DNA of 64,000 bases from a bacterium (GTDB lineage: Bacteria > UBA8248): positions 1,344,001 through 1,408,000 of the forward strand of contig CBDCRP010000003.1 of the NCBI GenBank assembly GCA_965221165.1, written 5' to 3'. The number at the start of each line of letters is the position of its first letter. Positions within the stretch are counted from its first letter, which is position 1. The notes below the pieces were generated by a model, which worked only from the letters and a program-made list of their open reading frames with translations, did not search any database and was not told where the DNA came from. This document shows positions 1-8,926 of this stretch, piece after piece. Both the position numbers and the translations under genes were made by a program.

Positions 1-1235
1 GCAGCCCCCGTGACGGCGCATTCTTCGGTGGGGATGTGGAGGGCCTCGAACGCATCGTCTTTTTGCTCGAGACCCGGCGTGGGCGGGAGGCGGCCGTCTT
101 TCAGGGCGGAGAGCCCCAGGATAATCTCGCCCAAATCACTGGCGGAACCCATATGTCCCGTATAGGGCTTCCAGCCTGCGAGCGGGCTCGAACCTTCCGC
201 CTTGTCGCAATACGAGAGCAAGGCGGACAATTCGCCCGCGTCTCCTTGCGGAGTCGCGCTCCCGTGGGGAAGGATGAAGGCCAACTCATCGGGTGCGAGA
301 CCCGCCTCGGTCATCGCCGATTCCACCGAATGAAGCACCGCTTCGGTGGGAACGGGAATATAGCGTTCAGAGGAGAATTCCTGGCAATTCGCCGCGCCGA
401 TGACGCGGCCCAGGGGCTCGGCACCCCGCGCCCGGGCGGATTCGGCGCTCTCCAGCACCAGAGCGGCGGCCCCTTCTCCGGGGAAGAATCCATCGCGCCT
501 CCTGTCGAAAGGCCGAAACGACGCAGGACCATTCTTAGCCTGGGAGAGAATCCCCAGGCCGTCGAGTTCCAGAAGCATCACGGGGTGCGCCCAGCTTCCG
601 CATCCCACGACCAGGCCGACGTCGGCCTCGCCGAAGCGAAGCACGCGATCGCAATTCTCGAGCGCCTGCGCGCCGCAGGAGGAAAGGCTGGAAAAACTGC
701 CGTTCGGCCCCATGAACTCGTACATGGCCGATAGATAGCTGAAAAGATTGTTGGGCAGGCCTTCGAGCAGGAAAAAAGGGCTTACCTTGTGGAGCGCCGC
801 TTCGTTCAGGGACTCGGGCTTCGGGAAATCCCACGCCTCGCCGGCGGTCTGTTTCAGGGCGGCGTAGAAATCCACATAGCCCACCCTCGTGAAATCACCG
901 GCGCCCACATAGAGGGCCTTTCTCTCGGGCGCCGCCTCTCCTATGTCGAGGCCGGCGCAAGCCACCGCTTCCGCCGCCGCGTAAAGCCCCAGGATGGAGC
1001 TTCTGTTCAGGAATTTTCGCTGGCTCGCGAGTCTGGGCGGCACCTCGGGCGGGTCTTCATGGCCGGGGATTCTGCCCTGGTAGAGAAAATTATCCGGAAG
1101 GGATTCACTCTCCTCGCTTTGGTGACGGGAGACCCCGCCTGTTCCGGCGCAAAACGCCCTCCAGTTCTCCGAGGCGTTCTCGCCCACGGAGGTGAGCAGC
1201 CCTACGCCCGTGATCCACACATCCGCGCCTCGCAT
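1..1235 (-). CDS. Beta-ketoacyl-ACP synthase-fold protein with active-site Cys->Ser; 3' end lies outside the window
   Basis: Not in the ORF track because it has no stop in the window. Hand translation from ATG 1235 gives MRGADVWITGVGLLTSVG...GPNGSFSSLSSCGAQAL...RPFDRRRDGFFPGEGAAALVLE...HGSAT...KPYTGH. Confidence 0.9.
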   Translation of the reverse strand, partial: MRGADVWITGVGLLTSVGENASENWRAFCAGTGGVSRHQSEESESLPDNFLYQGRIPGHEDPPEVPPRLASQRKFLNRSSILGLYAAAEAVACAGLDIGEAAPERKALYVGAGDFTRVGYVDFYAALKQTAGEAWDFPKPESLNEAALHKVSPFFLLEGLPNNLFSYLSAMYEFMGPNGSFSSLSSCGAQALENCDRVLRFGEADVGLVVGCGSWAHPVMLLELDGLGILSQAKNGPASFRPFDRRRDGFFPGEGAAALVLESAESARARGAEPLGRVIGAANCQEFSSERYIPVPTEAVLHSVESAMTEAGLAPDELAFILPHGSATPQGDAGELSALLSYCDKAEGSSPLAGWKPYTGHMGSASDLGEIILGLSALKDGRLPPTPGLEQKDDAFEALHIPTEECAVTGA

Positions 1236-1247
1236 CGGTCATCCCAC

Positions 1248-1700
1248 CTAGCTCAACCGAATCTCGCGGCCGAGAACACGAAAATGGTGGCGCTGCTCTT
1301 CGGGATCTTCATAATCCGCAAGCGGCACCACCTTTCCACCAAAATCGGCGACCACCCGACGCTCCCCCTCCACAGTGGCCACGCCCCTGAAATGTTTAAG
1401 TCCCTCTTCCTCTCCTCGCGCCTCCACGTTCAGGAGGACCTGATCTCCGGGAAAGGCGAATCCATAGTACCTGACGCTGCAAACCTTTTCCAAAAGAATC
1501 CAGTTCGCAAAATCAGAACCCGCCGCCTCGAGCCAACCGGCAAGCTGGACGAGACCCTCGAATATCAGCGCACCCGGCATGACGGGAAACCGGGGAAAGT
1601 GAAACTCCAGAAAATCCTCGCTCATCGTAACGTTCTTCACGCCCTGGATGGAGGCTCCCGCCTCCCACGCCATTACCCTGTCCACGAGCATGTATCTCAA
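1248..1700 (-). CDS. 3-hydroxyacyl-ACP dehydratase (FabZ family)
   Basis: LVDRV...KNVT...HFPRFPVMPGALIFE hotdog motif with the His/Glu dyad. Confidence 0.92.
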   Translation of the reverse strand: MRYMLVDRVMAWEAGASIQGVKNVTMSEDFLEFHFPRFPVMPGALIFEGLVQLAGWLEAAGSDFANWILLEKVCSVRYYGFAFPGDQVLLNVEARGEEEGLKHFRGVATVEGERRVVADFGGKVVPLADYEDPEEQRHHFRVLGREIRLS

Positions 1701-1721
1701 AACAACGACTCCCTGGCCGAC

Positions 1722-2135
1722 TTATTCCGGCCCGTCAACGCTCAAGAGAATCACCTGGGCCACCGCCAATTCCAGCGTATGGCTCAGCGAAATGGTGGAC
1801 TGGGTGATCTTCTTTCGCGCGCTCATGCGCTCCATCGAACCGCTCAGTTTGAGCGTGGGCTTGCCCGAGGCCGCCGATTCCACCTCGATCTCGCGCAGGC
1901 GGTCCCGACCGCCCAGCCCGCCCGGCTCGGAGAGGCCGAGGCCGAAAGCCTTGAGGCAGGCCTCTTTCGCCGCGAAGCGGGCGGCGAAATGGGGGTAGGG
2001 ATTGCGGCGCTTCAAGCAGTAGGCGCGCTCGGCTTCCGTGAACACGTCTTCTCGAAACGCCTCGTGGCGCTCGTAGGCTTCCTTCAAGCGCGCCACCTCC
2101 ACCAAATCCACACCCTGGTACAGCCGCATCCCCAA
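1722..2135 (-). CDS. acpS: Holo-ACP synthase (AcpS-type phosphopantetheinyl transferase)
   Basis: GVDLVEVAR, FTEAE, AARFAAKEA, GKP and SLSH motifs. Confidence 0.93.
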   Translation of the reverse strand: MGMRLYQGVDLVEVARLKEAYERHEAFREDVFTEAERAYCLKRRNPYPHFAARFAAKEACLKAFGLGLSEPGGLGGRDRLREIEVESAASGKPTLKLSGSMERMSARKKITQSTISLSHTLELAVAQVILLSVDGPE

Positions 2136-2147
2136 AACTCCTCCGCT

Positions 2148-2900
2148 CTAGCCGGTGAGCAGACCGCCATCCACGGCTATCGCCTGACCGGTGATGTAAT
2201 CCGATTGCGCAGACGCCAGGAACACCACGAGCTTGGCCACGTCCTCGGGCTCTCCGAAGCGGCCCGCCGGTATGCGCTCCATAATCACGTCTCCACCTTT
2301 CTCGCGCACGCGCTCGCTCATGTCGGTGACGATCATGCCCGGCAAAATGGCGTTGAACTGAATACCCCGTTTTCCCATCTCGGCGGCGCAGGCGCGCATG
2401 AAGGCGATGATGCCCGCCTTGGCGGAAGCGTAGTTCGTCTGCCCGGCTCCGCCCGAGACCCCCATGACGGAGGAGATGCTGATCACCTTGCCGGAACGCT
2501 TCCTGAGCATTATCTCGCCGGCCGCCTTCGTGCAGTGATAGGCGCCGTCCAGGCTCACGCCGATGACCTTCCGCCAGCCGGCGGGCTTCATCGTGAGCAG
2601 CAGACCGTCTTGAATGACGCCCGCGTTGTTCACCAAAATGTCGAGCGTGCCGAAATCCGCCTTCACCTTTTCGAACATCGCCGTCACCTCCTCGTAGGAG
2701 GAGACGTCGGCCTGGTAGGTGAGCGCCTTGCCGCCGGCTGACTCGATCTCTCGTTTCAATTCCTCGGCGGCCTCGGCCGAGCGGCTGTAGTTGATCGCCA
2801 CCGAAGCGCCCGCATCGGCCAGGGCCGCGCAGCAGGCGCGGCCGATACCCCGCCCGCCTCCGGTCACCAGCGCAATTTTTCCGCTCAAATCGATTTTCAT
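2148..2900 (-). CDS. fabG: 3-oxoacyl-ACP reductase (FabG family SDR)
   Basis: TGGGRGIG, NNAG, GQTNYASAK (YxxxK), VDGG. Confidence 0.92.
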   Translation of the reverse strand: MKIDLSGKIALVTGGGRGIGRACCAALADAGASVAINYSRSAEAAEELKREIESAGGKALTYQADVSSYEEVTAMFEKVKADFGTLDILVNNAGVIQDGLLLTMKPAGWRKVIGVSLDGAYHCTKAAGEIMLRKRSGKVISISSVMGVSGGAGQTNYASAKAGIIAFMRACAAEMGKRGIQFNAILPGMIVTDMSERVREKGGDVIMERIPAGRFGEPEDVAKLVVFLASAQSDYITGQAIAVDGGLLTG

Positions 2901-2917
2901 TCTACATCACCTTTCTT

Positions 2918-4183
2918 CTAGGCTGCTTTTCTCACGAGGAGGGTGGCATTTTGCCCGCCGAAGCCGAATGAGTTCGTGATGGCGGCGGGCACGGGCATTT
3001 TTCTCGCCCCCTCGGCCACGTAGTCGAGATCGCACTTCGGGTCCGGGTTCTCCAGGTTCGTCGTAGGATGCACGATGTCGCGAGCGACGCTCAAGGCCGT
3101 GAAGATGAACTCGGGCGCGCCGCAGGCGGCGATTAAATGTCCGACCATGGATTTGGACGAACTCACCGCCAGCGAATCCGCCCGCGCGCCGAAAACCTCG
3201 CGAATCGCCCTGGTCTCGACCGGATCGTTGAGCTTCGTGCCCGTGCCGTGCGCGTTGACATAGGCGACGTCGGCAGGCTCAAGGCCCGCATCTTCTATCG
3301 CCTCGCTCATCGAGCGAACCGCACCCCGGCCCGCCGGGTGCGGGGCCGTCACCTGATGGGCGTCCATGCTCGCGCCATAGCCCGACAGGGCGGCGTAGGG
3401 CGCAGCGCCCCTCTCCCGCGCATGGGCTTCTGATTCGAGAACCACCACGCCCGCTCCCTCGCCCACGGCGAGGCCGGAGCGTTTCCTGTCGAACGGACGG
3501 CAAATGGGGTCTTTGGATGTAGACGCCGCTCCCAGCAGCAGGAATATGGCCATCCCGACGGGATGGATCATCGAATCGGCCCCGCCGCAAAGAACCACGT
3601 CCGCTTCTCCCCTGCGGATCATGCGCATCCCGAGGCCTATCGCCTGGCCCGCCGCCGCACAGGCGGAGGTGATGGTGCCGGTGGGACCCGCGAGTTCAAA
3701 CCACTCCGCAATCTTCGACGTCGCCCGCTCGGGCGGATTGTTGAAGTAGCCAGAAGCGTGCGTCTTGTCGAGTTCTTTGGCGAAACGCACGGCGTCAAAA
3801 CCGTTTTCTGGGTCCGCCCAGGCGGAAAAATCCTCCAGCCGATAGCTGCTGAGCCCGGTTCCCATCACCACGCCCGCGCGCTCGGGCGCGTAATCGCCGG
3901 GGCGCATTCCGGCGTCCGCCACCGCGCCCTGCGCGGCATCGAGCGCAAACAACACCCTGCGCTCGCCCTCTCCCGCATATTCTTCGGGCAGCCTCTCCCT
4001 GATGGCGGAAAGCGCCTCCTCCGAGACCTCGCCCGCCCCGGCGATGGGCAGCGTTTTCGCGTCGAAAGATTCTATCGGCGCGAGGCCCGATTCACCCGCC
4101 AGCGCCTTATCCCACGAGGTTTCCACGTCGGCGCCCAGCGAGATCACCATGCCGAGGCCGGTGATGAAGACCTGCGCGCTCAT
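2918..4183 (-). CDS. Beta-ketoacyl-ACP synthase II (FabF-like), catalytically intact
   Basis: TSACAAAGQA, HGTGT, KSMVGH, NSFGFGG; start overlaps the upstream stop (ATGA). Confidence 0.93.
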   Translation of the reverse strand: MSAQVFITGLGMVISLGADVETSWDKALAGESGLAPIESFDAKTLPIAGAGEVSEEALSAIRERLPEEYAGEGERRVLFALDAAQGAVADAGMRPGDYAPERAGVVMGTGLSSYRLEDFSAWADPENGFDAVRFAKELDKTHASGYFNNPPERATSKIAEWFELAGPTGTITSACAAAGQAIGLGMRMIRRGEADVVLCGGADSMIHPVGMAIFLLLGAASTSKDPICRPFDRKRSGLAVGEGAGVVVLESEAHARERGAAPYAALSGYGASMDAHQVTAPHPAGRGAVRSMSEAIEDAGLEPADVAYVNAHGTGTKLNDPVETRAIREVFGARADSLAVSSSKSMVGHLIAACGAPEFIFTALSVARDIVHPTTNLENPDPKCDLDYVAEGARKMPVPAAITNSFGFGGQNATLLVRKAA

Positions 4184-4632
4184 GCACTCGCCTCGAACTC
4201 CAGCCAGCCGTAGCTTCTGAAGCGCTCTTTCAGGCCACCGGGGTCATCGTTGGGAAAATGGGGATACACGAATCGCTCCGCTTTGGCCACGGGGACGCCG
4301 TCTTTTTCAACGCGCGCGCGGCACAGGCTCGCCTGCTCGTTCGTATCGATCATCTCGCCATGAATCTCCAAAGACACTCCCGGGCGCAGGTCGCTCGCCA
4401 CTTCCACGTCGTCGATGAGCGAGATGACGCATGAGGTCTTGAAATCATACGTGTAGACCACGAGCCATCCCGTAATCTGAGCCATCGCCTCTATCAGGAC
4501 CGAGCCGGGCACCCGGGGCGCGCGCCTGAAATGCGCGTTCAGATACGCTTCCGACAAGGGAAACGTCTTGATCCCCAGGATGCGTTCTCCGCGCACCACT
4601 TCCTTAATCTGATCGAAAAAGAGAAGACGCAA
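4180..4632 (-). CDS. Second FabZ-like hotdog-fold dehydratase
   Basis: HFRRAPRVPGSVLIEAMAQ motif; TTG start. Confidence 0.85.
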   Translation of the reverse strand: MRLLFFDQIKEVVRGERILGIKTFPLSEAYLNAHFRRAPRVPGSVLIEAMAQITGWLVVYTYDFKTSCVISLIDDVEVASDLRPGVSLEIHGEMIDTNEQASLCRARVEKDGVPVAKAERFVYPHFPNDDPGGLKERFRSYGWLEFEASA

Positions 4633-4647
4633 TTTCCCGTTCTCCCG

Positions 4648-5838
4648 TCAAACGCTTTTCCCCACCACGAACCCTGAGCATACGCCGTCGAAACCCTGGA
4701 GGAGAACGAGCGCGTTTTGCAGTTCATCCGGCTCGGGGCCACCCGCCGCGCCCTGAAACAATTCCTCCATCATCCCGGGAGGCGGTAACGATCCGGCCTC
4801 GGCCAAGGCTCTGAGCGCGATGATCAAGTCCAGCGCCGGACTCCCCCCCCAAAGGTGGCCGAATATGCCCTTCGTCGCAAGCCCCCAAGGCTTGTGGCTC
4901 CCGAAAATGGCGGAAATCGCTCCCGCCTCCGCTCCATCCGCCCGGGGTTCCCCCTCTCCATGGATCACGAGGAGGTCCACTTTCTCAGGCGCGAGGCCCG
5001 CGCGGGACAGGGCGGCTTGCGCCGAATCTTGAATCGCCCAGGCGAGGCCGCCTCGTTTTTTAAGCGCACGAACCGAAGAACAACCCTTGAGCCAGCCAAG
5101 TATTTTATCTCCATCGGCATCATCCAACCCCTCGAAGCGAATCACCCCCGCGCCCTCGCCCAGCCCCCACGCGGCGGGCCACGCGCCGCGCTTCACCGCG
5201 CGGGCCAGCATCCGGGCGGAAACCACCCCGCTCACGCCGGCGGAAAGAGCGAGCCTCGCCTTGCCCAGAGCCACCGAAGCCGCCGCCTCGCAAATGGCGC
5301 GCGCCGTCGCCCCAGCACCTGCGCTGAAAACAGCGTTCTCGCCTCGCCACCCGTGCTGAATCGCCACCTGGCTGAAGCCTATCGCGTTCAGCAAGCCGAG
5401 CGGCCACAGGGGGGGGATGGTGTCCATCCCCTCGGTGAAGAAATGCCCGAGGTCCACCTGACTTCTCGATTCTCTCACCGCACCCTGCAAATCGTCTTTT
5501 CCCGGATCGACCGAGTCCATCCCTGCGAAAAAGGCGACCTCCTCCCCGGCCATCTCTAAATTGACGGGAGCATCGGCCAGCGCATCGTGAACCGCCGCCA
5601 GGAGCATATGGGTATGATGGCCCATGAGCCTCGCCGCGCGACGATCCGCGCCGATGGATTCGGGGTCGATCGGCTCACACCTTGCCGTTTTAAGCGGAGG
5701 AAAACCGGCGAGTTCGGGGTCGGCGTCGGGAGAGAGGAGGGAGCGGCCCGCGCAAAGCGCCTCCCAGGCGGGTTCGACGCCCCGTCCCGCCGCCGTTACC
5801 AGGCCGACCCCGGTGATGGGGAGGGGCGGAGACTTCAC
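4648..5838 (-). CDS. Ketosynthase-fold protein lacking the catalytic Cys (chain-length-factor-like)
   Basis: ITGVGLVT N-terminus. GENAVFSAGAGATARAI has Ala at the Cys position; HGEG and KGIFGH are retained. GTG start at 5838 overlaps the upstream TGA (GTGA). Confidence 0.85.
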   Translation of the reverse strand: MKSPPLPITGVGLVTAAGRGVEPAWEALCAGRSLLSPDADPELAGFPPLKTARCEPIDPESIGADRRAARLMGHHTHMLLAAVHDALADAPVNLEMAGEEVAFFAGMDSVDPGKDDLQGAVRESRSQVDLGHFFTEGMDTIPPLWPLGLLNAIGFSQVAIQHGWRGENAVFSAGAGATARAICEAAASVALGKARLALSAGVSGVVSARMLARAVKRGAWPAAWGLGEGAGVIRFEGLDDADGDKILGWLKGCSSVRALKKRGGLAWAIQDSAQAALSRAGLAPEKVDLLVIHGEGEPRADGAEAGAISAIFGSHKPWGLATKGIFGHLWGGSPALDLIIALRALAEAGSLPPPGMMEELFQGAAGGPEPDELQNALVLLQGFDGVCSGFVVGKSV

Positions 5839-7145
5839 GCGATCTCGGGGCCGCCCAGGCAAAGACAGGCGTTCTGCCCCCCGAAACCGAAACTATTGGA
5901 GAGGGTCACGCGATGGGCCTGCGCCCTCGTCTCGTTGGGCACGTAGTCGAGGTCGCACTTCGGGTCGCGATTTTGATAGTTGATGGTCGGCAGGATTTCC
6001 GAGCGGCGCATCCCCTCCACGGCCAGAATCGCCTCGATGGCGCCGGCCGCGCCGATGGTGTGGCCGATCATGGATTTATTGGAACTGACGGGTATCCTCT
6101 CCGCATGGGCGCCGAACACTTCCTTGATGGCCCTGGTCTCCGTCGAGTCGTTCTTGGGCGTCGAGGTGCCGTGCGCGTTGATGTATTCGACGCCATCGGG
6201 CGCGACGCCCGCGTCTTCGAGCGCCTTTTTCATGGCGAACACCGCGCCCAGCCCCCTCGGGTGCATGTCGGTGATGCGAAACGCATCCGAGGAATCGCCG
6301 TAGCCGAGCACTTCGCCCAGAATCTCGGCGCCACGGGCGCGCGCGTGCTCGTAGCTCTCGAGTATCATCGCGCCCGCGCCTTCTGACATCACGAAACCGT
6401 TTCGCCTCCTGTCGAAGGGACGAGACGCGCTTTGGGGGGTTTCGTATCTCTCCACCAACGCGGTGAGCAGGACGAACCCGAGAAACCCGACGTAGGTGAT
6501 GGCCGACTCGCAACCACCCGCCACCATGACGTCTGCCTTCGCGTCGCGGATGAGGCGCACCGATTCGCCGATCGCCTGCGCTCCCGCCGCGCAGGCCGAG
6601 CAGATGGAAACCGTGGGACCCCGGCAGTCGAAATCGAGAGCTACGATCGAGGTCGCCACGTCGGATTTTCTTCTGAAAAACGTCATCAGATCATAGACGC
6701 CGCGGCTTTTGAGTTCCTTGATGTCCCACCCGCCCCGCAAAGGGTCTCCGTCCGCGGGCTTCCAGTAGGGAAAGATGCGGAGTAATTCTTCGACCTGGGG
6801 GTGATCGCCGTGGGAGCCGAGCGCGACGCCGACTCGCTTTCTCTCGGAAATTTCGTCGAGACGCGCCATCCGGGCCGCTTGCGATACGGCCACGCGCATC
6901 ATGCGCACGCCTCGGGTGGAGAATTTGTCGAGCCTGCGGCCGCTCCCGTTTTCCCGGGAGGCGAGCCACTCGTCGTCTATCTCACCGGCGATTCGGCAGG
7001 GAAGTTTTTCGGGATCGAAGCGCCGGACCACGTCGATTCCGGAGCGCCCCTCGCGCGCGGCGTCGAACGTGGAGGCGACATCCCCGCCCAGGGGAGTCAT
7101 CGCTCCATATCCGGTAATCACGACCCTTCTGTCGCTACCGGCCAT
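5835..7145 (-). CDS. Beta-ketoacyl-ACP synthase II (FabF-like), catalytically intact
   Basis: RVVITG, CSACAAGAQA, HGTST, KSMIGH, NSFGFGG. Confidence 0.94.
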   Translation of the reverse strand: MAGSDRRVVITGYGAMTPLGGDVASTFDAAREGRSGIDVVRRFDPEKLPCRIAGEIDDEWLASRENGSGRRLDKFSTRGVRMMRVAVSQAARMARLDEISERKRVGVALGSHGDHPQVEELLRIFPYWKPADGDPLRGGWDIKELKSRGVYDLMTFFRRKSDVATSIVALDFDCRGPTVSICSACAAGAQAIGESVRLIRDAKADVMVAGGCESAITYVGFLGFVLLTALVERYETPQSASRPFDRRRNGFVMSEGAGAMILESYEHARARGAEILGEVLGYGDSSDAFRITDMHPRGLGAVFAMKKALEDAGVAPDGVEYINAHGTSTPKNDSTETRAIKEVFGAHAERIPVSSNKSMIGHTIGAAGAIEAILAVEGMRRSEILPTINYQNRDPKCDLDYVPNETRAQAHRVTLSNSFGFGGQNACLCLGGPEIA

Positions 7146-7188
7146 TCAGGCGTTCTCCCGGTAAGGTTGGCGAGATGAAGAAGCGGCG

Positions 7189-7752
7189 TCAGGAGGAGAA
7201 GAGGCCTCTTTCCTCTTCCACCCGGTTCAACCAGTTCTGGACCACTTCATCCCCGCTGGGCAAAGAGGCGGGTTCGTTCGTCTTCGCGCATACGATGCGC
7301 GTTGCATCCTCGGTCGTCCAATCCGCATCCGCCGGACTTTTCTCGGGCAGGCAGTTCAGCACGTCGCGCACCGCGCCCACCAGCGTTTTCGGCGTAACGA
7401 GGGCCGGAAGCTCATCCACGGGGGTTCCAGGCTCCAGACCCGCAGCCGCTTCGCTTTGGCGCAGCTTCAAGACCTCGACCCCTTTTTCCGTCACCTCGCT
7501 CTCCTCGTTGATGGCCACGCCCTCGCCGAACATCTCCTCCACATGCTCTAAAACGAAATTGCGCGCCATCTTGATGCCGAACACCTGCTCGAGGCGAAAG
7601 TTCACGTCCAGAAAATCGAGAGACAAAACGCCCAGGTCATCCACGAGAGAACTGTCCGGCTCGATGGTTTCCTTATCGATGCCCGTGGTATGGGCAATCG
7701 CCTTTTTCACCTCTTCTAAAATCGTATCGTCCGAAATCAGGTTTTGCGACAT
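7189..7752 (-). CDS. Extended acyl carrier protein (187 aa)
   Basis: ACP core DDLGVLSLDFLDVNFRLEQVFGIK, followed by about 110 extra residues. Confidence 0.85.
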   Translation of the reverse strand: MSQNLISDDTILEEVKKAIAHTTGIDKETIEPDSSLVDDLGVLSLDFLDVNFRLEQVFGIKMARNFVLEHVEEMFGEGVAINEESEVTEKGVEVLKLRQSEAAAGLEPGTPVDELPALVTPKTLVGAVRDVLNCLPEKSPADADWTTEDATRIVCAKTNEPASLPSGDEVVQNWLNRVEEERGLFSS

Positions 7753-7889
7753 GGGTTTCCTCTGTACCGATCAGGCGCGCAGCCCATCCTCGCTCATAGG
7801 CGCGCGCGAAAATTCCCCCTCATTCAAGCGTATACAACCAAGGAGAGGAGCGAAAATCAACTGCCTTCGAAGAATCGGTCCTCATTCCA

Positions 7890-8672
7890 TCATCCCGGGG
7901 GGCGGTTCAACCGGTTGCCGAGTCCCCTGTCGACCACGAGGGTTTGCCCCCGGATGGAGCCGGCGCCCGCGCCGGCGAGGAAATAAACGGATTCGGCCAC
8001 CTCCTCGGGCGTCACGAAATAACGCTCCGGCAGTTCGTCCAATTCCGGTTGAATCCTCCGCAGCGTCTTGAACGAATCGGTCTTCACGAGACCCGCGCAG
8101 ACGGCGTTGACCGATATCCCCTTCTCGCCAAAACTCTCCGCCCAATGCCTGACCGCCGCCTCCATGGCCGCCTTCATGGGGCCCAGCGGGTATTCGGGAT
8201 GATAAAAACGACTCCCCAGGCTGGAGATGAACACGACGGCTCCTCCCCGGCGCGAGAGCAGCGGGAGCGCCGCCTGCAAGCAGAAGACGTTGCCCAGAAA
8301 ATTCGTCTCCACCAACAGCTTCAGGTCGCGCTCCAGGAGTTTATCCCACGGCTTGAAGGGTGCGCGCGCCGCGTTCAAGACAAGCACGTCGAGTCGTCCG
8401 AATTCCTCCTCCACCTGCGCGAACATGGTTCTGACGGAATCTTTTTTGGAAATATCCGCAGGCATGGCGACCGCTTGTCCCCCTGCGGCTTCGACCTCGC
8501 CGCAAAGTTCCGCCGCCTTCCGGGAGGAGCCGCCTTTACCATCTCTATGGTTCAGCACCAACCGCGCCCCGGTACGGGCGAAACGCCTCGCAATGGCGGC
8601 GCCGATGCCGCGCGAGCCGCCCGTCACCAAAACCACCTTGTCCTTCATCTCCACCGACTCCGGCGCGTCCAT
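7890..8672 (-). CDS. SDR resembling FabL-type enoyl-ACP reductase
   Basis: TGGSRGIG, LNAARAPFKP, ISSLGS and YPLGPMKAA (Y-x5-K rather than YxxxK). Likely start is ATG 8672 or slightly downstream. Confidence 0.75.
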   Translation of the reverse strand: MDAPESVEMKDKVVLVTGGSRGIGAAIARRFARTGARLVLNHRDGKGGSSRKAAELCGEVEAAGGQAVAMPADISKKDSVRTMFAQVEEEFGRLDVLVLNAARAPFKPWDKLLERDLKLLVETNFLGNVFCLQAALPLLSRRGGAVVFISSLGSRFYHPEYPLGPMKAAMEAAVRHWAESFGEKGISVNAVCAGLVKTDSFKTLRRIQPELDELPERYFVTPEEVAESVYFLAGAGAGSIRGQTLVVDRGLGNRLNRPPG

Positions 8673-8926
8673 AGCCCGTCCCTCACGCCCAACCCGTATT
8701 CGGCACGCTCGCCCCGCGAACATCCAAAAGCGGGAAAACGCCTTTTCCCTCGCCGGGAAACGCCGCAGGTTTTCAGGCTGAAAATTTATATCCCACAGAC
8801 GCGTCATCATCAAACGCCGCGCGATAAACCTCGAAATAAAGGATTGAATCCCCAACCGAGACCCCATACAATGATAACCTTGTTTTTCACCTGAGAGTTA
8901 CAACGCGGTGCAGGGGGGGTAACCAA

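Noticed and set aside
36-2741. Long plus-strand ORFs 36..734 and 789..2741
   Set aside because: Antisense shadows of the KS, fabZ, acpS and fabG genes; they have no motifs of their own.
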